The position numbers were made by a program, and so were the translations under genes. A stretch of 46,839 nucleotides of DNA, counting the filler, from Jimgerdemannia flammicorona (Eukaryota), in NCBI GenBank assembly GCA_003990765.1. It is 2 parts of 2 records of this genome, joined end to end, with 100 filler letters (N's around TTAATTAATTAA, not from the genome) between each part and the next. Parts side by side here need not be neighbours in the genome. Positions count along the whole stretch, not along the records: positions 23,472 to 46,839 come from RBNJ01001115.1; 1 more part is not named here. One strand, given 5' to 3'. The notes under the pieces are model-generated. The model did not search any database. It was not told the origin of the DNA and saw nothing but the letters and a program-made list of their open reading frames with translations. Positions 38,801-46,839 of this stretch are shown piece by piece. Positions within the stretch are counted from its first letter, which is position 1, and each line of letters begins with the position of its first letter.

Positions 38801-39373
38801 ACATACTTTCCCCATTCTCGTCGATGAGCTGTTTTAGGATCTGTGAGACGATCAGCGGCTGCGATAAGATAATCAGGCGGTCGAGCATGATGATGGCAGC
38901 GCGCATCAACACATTAAGCTGGAGTTCCGGCTCATTGCCGTCTTGACCCAATTGCTGTCAGGCTCGATATTCGGGTCAGCAGTCCGGCGGTTGCTGGCAA
39001 TTGGTTCCGGGTCAGGGGCTGGTATCCATTCTGCTTGCGTTGAAGCGAGCGGTAGGGCCGGTCCAGGGAGCCGGAGAGGATGGCGAAGAATGGATGAAAA
39101 GGAGGCAGGTTGGGATGATGATGTCCAGAGACAGGAGCCACCCTTGATTGGGTGTTGTTGGTGGCCACCCTTGATTGGGTAGTTGTTGGTGGAGATGGTA
39201 TGATATCTTGTGTCAGACATGGCGGGTGCGGAACGAGAAACGCGCGGAATTACCGAGCCGCTCGTGACCAGGTAACGGAGCAAGACGTGGTGGGAAATTT
39301 TTCTATCATCGGCCTTGGCGACCTTGGCGGTGGCAATGAAGCGGAAATTCGTGGTTTGTATTTGACTAGACAT
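38801..39373 (-). pseudogene. Possible first exon of a disrupted gene of unknown product
   Basis: Two overlapping minus-strand ORFs (39373-38906 and 38951-38742) suggest a frameshifted exon ending at a GTATGT donor (38806-38801), about 20 nt before the Copia insertion site. No recognisable domain. Confidence 0.25.
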
Positions 39374-40564
39374 CCGTCACCCAGACTTGCCTATCTGAGG
39401 CATTTTCACTATATTATCTGCTACGTCGTTAGAGTTGAAAAAATAAGACGCACATGTGGCGGTGTCCAACCCCAGGAACCAATCATGGTCGCTTTGAGTT
39501 GCGGATGGTATGAATCCCTGGCTCTCACCTCCACTGGAGAATTGGCGCAGAGAAAAGCAAATATACGCAGTGCAAACTTCAACAGCGGCGCCATATTATC
39601 GTCGTCTAACCATGTTTAAATATTTGAAGCAAGGCCGTTTCCGCTGTATGATATTAGTAGAATGTTAAAAATATGACGAATGTCTAAAACAGCTTTTGAA
39701 TGCATTTTATGCACCATTCCATATTAAATAACGCATATGTGTACTGATTTTGGATAAACTAAATATATTCATCTAAGAAATTATTACTTATACTATCACC
39801 TGTGTCGCTTATCCATTTCAAATATAGAAATATGGTGCCGCTCAGTCTGTCTTTAGTTGTACCGAACTGTCATAATTACTAGTTGCTAATTATAATTTTA
39901 CGTATCGAAGCAAGGAGGGGGGGGGGGGAGGGTATCGATATGTGATGGCAGCAACCTCCTTAATGTTTACAAACGTTGTTTCTCGTCAATTTTTCACAAA
40001 AGCATCAGACGCTTCATTTATCTACTTTCATTACCTGTATAGCAGGCAGAGTTAGACGCTCTGCGATCATGAAGTTCGTCGGATCTGCGCAGCATGACTT
40101 CACCCTAACTTGGAGGTAGATAATATAATTAGATATGAGGGTGTTGAAATCATTTCAAAACGGACCTTATCTCCCAATGAAATAAGGCCAGCTTTGATTT
40201 GAATGCACTCATATGAACTTGCCCACAGGGACTATGTACAACAACCTGCGCTGACGGCCGAGGCGTGACATCGCGATGTGATACGTTGAGTCCGATGTTC
40301 CAAAATGCAACCCCCCATACCATACGCTGATACCAAAACGTAAGTCCATGTGCCACGTAGCTTACCGCCAAAATGGCGGCTCTTTCCATCATAACCACGA
40401 TACAAATTCTTCCACAGCCGAAATCACACCAAATAAAACCCTTTATTTCTCTCCCTCTATTAACATGGTCGAGCGGTCTTACTCAGGGTCCATCTGGAAG
40501 AACTCAACCTACCACGATGGTGCGCTGATGGTGTCGAGGTAAACATATACCGTGCTTTACTGAC

Positions 40565-40714
40565 TTGACCTCACACTTGTCTGCCCGCATCAACTCAGGA
40601 GCCTCGCAGAGACAGTCGGTCAGTTTGTAGACCTCCCCACACTACATGGCATTTGGTCATCATGCCTGCAGAACACTGTTTGTCCTACGGGTCATCCGTC
40701 CGCATGCCGCAGAA
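40565..40714 (+). repeat. Dispersed direct repeat, copy 1 (paralogous to 44522-44659)
   Basis: TTGACCTCACACTTGTCTGCCCGCATC...AGACCTCCCCACACTACATGGC...TCATGCCTGCAG...CATCCGTCCGCATGCCGCAGAA aligns with the second copy. Confidence 0.8.
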
Positions 40715-41547
40715 TGGGTTGACAGCTGGACCCATTTATCTATGTGGCTGGACACACTACCCGTGATGTTTCACCAAAATTCCCTTATCTACTATGCGAC
40801 ATGAGTCAAATAGCCATAAACAAAACCGATGTCATGACATGCATCTATTGTAAAGTAGGGTTGTTTATGGCCATTCGACTTGTGTTGCATAGTATGGTGA
40901 CGCCTTTAAGTAAAATTATCGCAAGGTAACCTGTCAAGCCTGAAAAATTTTCCTTGTTTACTTCCAACGGATTGGGATAGCCTGAATGCACAGAATTCTG
41001 AGATCTGCAATATAGCCACTGGTCACATCACACAATCTGTTGCTATGGTAGCACGTCACACATACTCGGCCACCTTGGTATGTCGGTGACTGTAAGTTCG
41101 ATTCCGTTGAGTAGATTGGCGTTGGGCAGGCAGTACAGTAGCAGAAGATCTAGATGACGTGTAAGCTTTCCGACGAATTTTATTATGATACATCACAAAA
41201 TCCTGGTACAATACATTGCGTGCCTTTGAGTACACTTAAGTATATACATGTGTACATAAAATATGCCATGTATATACATGTGACGTGACTTATGATGTAT
41301 GCAACGATTTCACTTCAGCGGCCGACCCAGATGGCTGAGCCCAACCCAGTATGACTTGGCCTGGTCCAGTGTGCGTAGGGCCGGCAGAATATGAAATTCA
41401 GGAGAATTATTAGGGAAATAATATGGGAATCATTATCTGTTTCATATTTCATGAGTTGAGGTCAGGTCTGTTTGTGATATAGGTTTCCTTCAGGCCAGGT
41501 TTGCCTCAGGCCAGGTTTGGCCTCAGGTTTGGTCAGGTATTAGCCTT

Positions 41548-41712
41548 GGGTTGGGTATGATCTGGGTCAGGTTTGGCCTCGGGTCAGGTATGATTCAGGT
41601 TGAGTTTAGCCTTGGGTTGCATATGATTCAGGTTGGGTTTGGCCTTGGGTCAGGTTTGCTTCGGATCAGGTTTGGAGACGGGTCAGGTATGATTCAAGTT
41701 AGGTTTCACCTC
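41548..41712. repeat. 5 x 33-bp degenerate minisatellite (GGGTCAGGTATGATTCAGGTTGGGTTTGGCCTY), with further partial units from ~41480
   Basis: Units start at 41548, 41581, 41614, 41647 and 41680. Variants (CAGGT/TGGGT/CGGGT) are consistent with decay of CGGGTCGGGT, a motif typical of DNA-transposon subterminal repeats. Confidence 0.85.
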
Positions 41713-42044
41713 AGGTTGGGTTTTCCTGAGGAACACCATGCACTACTTACATTGAGACCCTTCATACTGACCTGGATAAACTTAATGTCAAATGTCAGAT
41801 AGACGATGTCTATCCCTCCGTGTTGCACAAACGTCACTAAGTCGTGAGATTAGGGGGCACGTATGCACGTTTACCAAAGCAGCACTGAAGTCGCATCAGC
41901 CACTAGTTAATATGCGTGAGTCATCGGGTTCTAATCCCTACAGAAAAAATTTTCCATAGAATAGGGGCATCCACAGGTATAAATTGAACCCCATTGACAC
42001 CTTCAATTGACTCAACACAACTGACCTCAAACCACAAAGCCATC

Positions 42045-42604
42045 ATGAAAATCCCCCTCTTCCTCCTTGCTGCCTTGGCGCTCGTGAATACCTCCTGCGC
42101 CATCAGGTTCGAGCTGTACCCGTCCGAGAACTACCTGCCCTCCCATGGTTTTGTGCCTGTAGAAGACTTTTATATAGATTCTTGCCAGAGTAAGTTCCAA
42201 ATGACGTGTTGAGTGTTGGAGATGGCAATGCAGTCGATAGACGCGTTATTTCTGACTACTTTTCTCACCTCCCATTCCTTTCCGACCTCTCGGAAATCTT
42301 TGTCGGCAGCACTTTCCAATCCTACTACCTTTGGCTCATATATAACCAGGGTGGGAAATCGGCACCCAAGATACTTTTGTTATAGGGTAAGGTTAATCCT
42401 GCCATTCCAACGCCATTTCAACGCCGTTTAGGATCTCGTCTAAATTCCACACAACCTGCCTCACAGTTCTATAGCGAGCCGGGCTGCCATGGCCCGCTGA
42501 CACACCAATACCCTGAGGCAAGAAGGCCCACTTTTCCATCAGATAAAATATCCTCGATCTATGTTGTAACTAGTGATTCGTATTTTAATTGCACTACGAG
42601 ATAG
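42045..42604 (+). CDS. Small secreted protein, 119 aa, possible beta/gamma-crystallin-like fold; exons 42045-42189, 42310-42386, 42467-42604
   Basis: TATAAA at ~41978 and ATG in CATCATG context. Signal-peptide-like MKIPLFLLAALALVNTSCA. Introns GTAAGT..GCAG and GTAAGG..ACAG give the open frame IRFELYPSENYLPSHGFVPVEDFYIDSCQTLSNPTTFGSYITRVGNRHPRYFCYRFYSEPGCHGPLTHQYPEARRPTFPSDKISSIYVVTSDSYFNCTTR*. Confidence 0.75.
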
Positions 42605-44521
42605 TGAGTTTGTGGAAAGGTCCTCTGTCAGGATTTTCTTGGAGAGAATGCAGTTCGTGAGAACTGTTATATCGATTTTAGCAATAAACATGTCACGAGA
42701 ATCTGAGCTTCAACATTTACCTCATATTATTGCAATAGGTGGATCCGATAGTGCACGCAAATGCGTCTTGTATAATATTTAGAAGTGAGCACGGTAACGC
42801 ATTAATTAATTTGATACGCAGCGACCAGTCTTGAACACACGTGCAGACACGTCATCTCCATCTTATACTGTGCTGATCCTGCAAAGATCGAATGGGGGCC
42901 AAGAATTCGGTAGCGAGCAATATACTCTCGCTCGTGTATATACTTACATGATGCTCACACATTAAACCTATACAACGCCTCACGCTACGTGTCAGCGGTT
43001 GGCACAAGTCCTGCATGAAACAGCATCGATCATACTGTTCCATGTGCATATAACTTTGAATCTGAACACAAAATAATGGTTTAGTTTGTTTGGTTTGCGT
43101 TGGTTCGGACTATATACCACATGGCACATTTATAGGTTTATGTGCACTGGGTCAATCAATGCGCAACCTGATTTTTCTTCTCATATTGGTTTGACGTTGA
43201 TGGGGTTATAGCGGAGACCCAGTGGAGCCAATGATCCGACGCTGCATTCTCATGCTGTTGTGGCAATCAATTCTCATGGCACATACCTATCCAGGTTGGA
43301 TTTTCAAATGGGTCGGTCTGTCGACGTTCGCTACGCTCCGCTACGGTACTCGTCGTCGCCGACTGGTCTAGGGCCGACCGTTCACTGTTTCACTGCTGTT
43401 TCGTGCACTGTTTCATGTACCGCTTCATGCATTGCGCTTTGCTTTGCACTTTGCTTTGTGGTATATTAATCCCTTTAGTTTTCTATATATTTATATATTG
43501 TATTTCGCCTTAGGGGATACAGCTTGCTTTGCCGTGCTTGCTTTTTGCCTGGACACTTCATTTGCCTTTTGTGGGGCTTATTTGCTGATCTGTTTACTGG
43601 CTTTGTTTCTGTGCCCTGTCTTGCGTCATTCGCTTTTTATATACTGCCTGGTCATTACTGGATTACTGGATTTTTCCTTCGTATTGCTGTCTATTACGTG
43701 TCGAGCTAGCATTCTGCCTCTCATTTGGAATGCATCGAATGTACACCGTCTAAGCTTCTTTCTGTATAAAAATATCACCTCCGCTTCGTTTGTCCTGTTT
43801 TGCATCTCGCTTTTATGATCGATGACGCGACAAATGTGATCTACAGACCGTTCCTATATCGATACCAATCATCGAATATTGCAATGCAATCGAATGCTTT
43901 CAATGTTCCTTGGTGTTATGGAGACGTGGATATAACATGATACACATGCCGCGCCAGACTAAAGACACTCGCAAAAGATATGCTTTTAATGACGATGGAA
44001 ATGATGATCCAACCATCAGAGAGTCGTACCCGAGTCGGGGCGCAAAAACCGTCGGCATTCCTCTTGTGTGCGCATACCACGGACGACACTTTATTAATAT
44101 TCATATTCAAATTCATGCTTGAATCAATGCTTACAAGGATACTCGCATCGAAATTCACACAACAATGTCCGTCAGGTGAGACGAGTCAGACCGATTGGCC
44201 GATCTGATGCTGAGTTTGGTGTCACCTCATCGAAGTGTCGCCACCATCCCCTGGGGTGAAGCCAACAAAGACCTCTTTGACGTGCTCCTCAACCCCATTC
44301 CGGGCTCACAAGCTCGTCATCGGTGAGCTGACTGAACTCTCTGAAGAGGCCCTTGACCTGCTCTCACTGAGGCCACGCCTGAGTATAATTCTGTACGGTC
44401 AACGACTGAATTTGGGCAGGTAACGAGAATGCACCATCGGTTTTGGAGCTCCATGTTATTTTGCATGACATTGCTGGGAGATGGAGCGTCGCGCGCCTTG
44501 GTGCTCAATATAATGAGCGCT

Positions 44522-44659
44522 TTGACCTCACAGTTGTCTGCCCGCATCGATCTCGAGTGCCAGTCGACACGTTTGTGGAAGACCTCTCCATATTACACGG
44601 CGTTTTGTTTTCATGCCTGCAAGAACACTCTACGGAGCATCCGTCTGCATGTCGCAGAA
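44522..44659 (+). repeat. Dispersed direct repeat, copy 2, inside a possible pseudogene (~44200-45013)
   Basis: Aligns to 40565-40714 and lies in ORF 44443-44754. Confidence 0.8.
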
Positions 44660-45402
44660 AGGTGTATCGCAAGTGCCAATCTCCAGTGGGATCAATCGAA
44701 AGTCGGTTATTAGGTAGCTATTTCGGGGGTGGCCAGGCTTTGGAGCTTCGATAAGGGGATTAGCACAGACAGCATGACTTTCCGTCACGGTATAAAGGTT
44801 CACAACAATCTATGCGAATGGGACATTGTCGTTGAATTCATTGGCGTCATTGACCTCTGTGCATTTAACTTAAATGACCATATCTGTGTCACCTGGACCA
44901 ATCTCCCCAACAAGGTGTATCCTACTGACCTTATTCAAGTATCGGATAAAAAATCGTTGGGGCTGAATGATGAGGTCATCTGCAGTATGAATACTGTCAT
45001 TGCTCTGTGCTGAAGCTTATTATATTGTCTAAACATTTTATGAAATGTATACATTGTAGCCATAGCCATTTATTTTTAGTTGATATTAACTATGTCTTTT
45101 AAGTGTATTCGCATAAGACTTCAGCCAACACGGAAGAAATTATTCAGAGTTGGACGAACAAGCAAGCATACCAATCATTACAACCATTTGCGACAATGTC
45201 GTGGACACCCTATTTTCCGTGGTCTTTTTTTTTTCTCCCCTTCCGCGAAGAATACCATTACCTTATATAACCTGAAGAACTCCCTCACGTTATAGTTATA
45301 ATAAGTACAATGGCAATGGCAACCTTATTAAGACATTGTACATTTACATCTCAATAGTTTTATTAATGGTCAACGGAAAAATTGCAAATACCATTAAAAA
45401 AT

Positions 45403-46630
45403 ATATGTCGGAACAGTGTGAAGCATTGTATGCAGCTGTGCGATTGAATCAAGTTCATACCCTGTGCATGTTTGTCATCCATCCCCTGTTCGTGTTTAGG
45501 GAACAGTATCGACCACGAGGATGCGCCTTAGCCGAGTCTCTGACCTTGACCACGCTGAATCTAGAAAGTATGTCTCAACTTCGTGATATCTTGTGTGCAG
45601 CTGCGCGATGGAATCAAGCTCACGATCTGTGCGCGTTTTCTCATCCACCCATTGTTCATGTTTAGGGAACAGCATCAACAGAGAGGGGGCATGTGCCTTA
45701 GCCAAGTCTCTAAAGCAGAACACGACCTTGATCATGCTAAATCTCTACAGTGTGCCAGAACTGTGTGAAGCATTGTGTGCAGCTGCATGATGGAATCAAT
45801 CTCACGATCTGTGCATGTTTGCTCATCTATCTCTTGTTTATGTTTAGAAGCAGAACACGACTTTGACCACGTTGAATCTCAGAGGTATGTCAGAACTGTG
45901 TCAAGCATTGTGTGCAGCTGCGTGATGGAATCAAGTTCATGACCTGTGTGTGTTTGCTCATCCATCCCCTGTTTATGTTCAGACAACAGCATTGGCGAAG
46001 AGGGGGCCATGCGCCTTAACCAAGCAGAACACGGCCTTGACCACGATGAATCTCTCCTGTATGTCAGAACTGTGTGAAGAATTGTGTGCAGCTGCACAAT
46101 AGAATTAAGCACACGATCTGTGCGTGTTGGTCCATCGTCTCCTGTTCATGTTTAGGGAACAGCATTGGCCACGAGGGGCATGCGCCTTTGCTGAGTCTCT
46201 GAAGCAGAACATGATCTTGACCACGCTGAATCTTGAAGGTATGTCAGAACTACGTGAAGCAGCATGTACAGCTATCCAATAGAATCAAGCACACACAATC
46301 TGTATATGGTTGCTCCTCCATCCCTTCATATTTAGGAAACAGCATCAGCTATGAGAGAGCACATGCGTTAGCCGAGTCTCTGAAGCAGAACATGGCTTTG
46401 GTCACGCTGAATCCCGAAGTATGTTGGAACTGCATAAAGCATTGTGTGCAGCTGTGCAATGGAATCAAGCTCATAATCTATATATGTTTAGTCATCCATC
46501 TCTTGTTCATGTTCAGATAACCACATCTGCTATAAGGGAAAAAGCACTCTAGTCATGTCTCTGAAGCAGAACATGACCTTGACCTGCTGGAACTCTAAGG
46601 TATTTTGTGGCTGTATGAAGTATTGTGTTT
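45403..46630 (+). pseudogene. Tandem array of 7 intron+exon units, each exon one 28-aa RI/NLRC3-type leucine-rich repeat; mostly frameshifted
   Basis: Exons: 45500-45567 (68 nt), 45666-45749 (84), 45848-45884 (37), 45983-46058 (76), 46156-46238 (83), 46336-46418 (83), 46517-46599 (83). They are separated by mutually homologous 97-98-nt GTATGT...TTTAG/TTCAG introns. Consensus peptide xNSIGxEGAxALAESLKQNxTLTTLNLx. Confidence 0.9.
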
Positions 46631-46807
46631 AGATATATATATTATTAATAAATATATCATCAATCTTTACATTATCAATAATATGTAAAAATGTATTATT
46701 AGAGTATCAATAAAAACAATTTCTGTTTTTTCAGAACTCCAGAATCCCAATAAAAGGTTATAAGTCCCACTAATATTAGTGGTTAAATAGTTAAGAAAAA
46801 ATACCTC

Positions 46808-46839
<32 letters not shown>

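Noticed and set aside
41551..41802. ORF with repeating GSGMIQVxFGL peptide
   Set aside because: A by-product of the 33-bp minisatellite, with a TTG start and transition-type decay.
43432..43818. Hydrophobic 128-aa ORF as a membrane protein
   Set aside because: TTG start, and the hydrophobicity is explained by T-rich composition; no motif.
45403..46630. Regular repeat array as a possible CRISPR or simple satellite
   Set aside because: There are no unique spacers. Both alternating parts are homologous between units and resolve into GT-AG introns plus LRR-coding exons in a eukaryotic context.

Overview
Eukaryotic, intron-containing, most likely fungal DNA. An early-diverging/Mucoromycota-like origin is my inference from protein style and intron structure, not proven. 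The window alternates between two kinds of block. CpG-normal gene islands (~7.6-17.3 kb and ~38.4-46.4 kb) hold a 4-exon peroxisomal 3-ketoacyl-CoA thiolase, a 3-exon ankyrin+DIL-domain gene, a 3-exon small secreted protein missed by the ORF track, and a tandem array of seven intron+exon units, each derived from one 28-aa RI-type leucine-rich repeat. Blocks of nested, decayed transposons (~0-7.6, ~17-38.4 and >46.6 kb) contain L1/Tx1-like LINEs, Ty3/Gypsy elements, one complete Ty1/Copia element, a solo LTR and MITEs, and are nearly CpG-free through C>T/G>A hypermutation. Main points of interest: (1) the LRR exon-cassette array, with conserved introns and variable junction codons; (2) a Copia element whose two 129-bp LTRs differ at 33 sites, 29 of them C>T/G>A in the 5' copy only, which suggests position-dependent CpG+CpA hypermutation; (3) CpG-protected windows inside LTRs; (4) a conserved 3'-terminal hairpin in the LINEs and a poly(A)-only insertion with a 15-bp target-site duplication (TSD). 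A 100-nt artificial gap spacer lies at 23372-23471, so adjacency across it is uncertain. All alignments and counts were done by eye.
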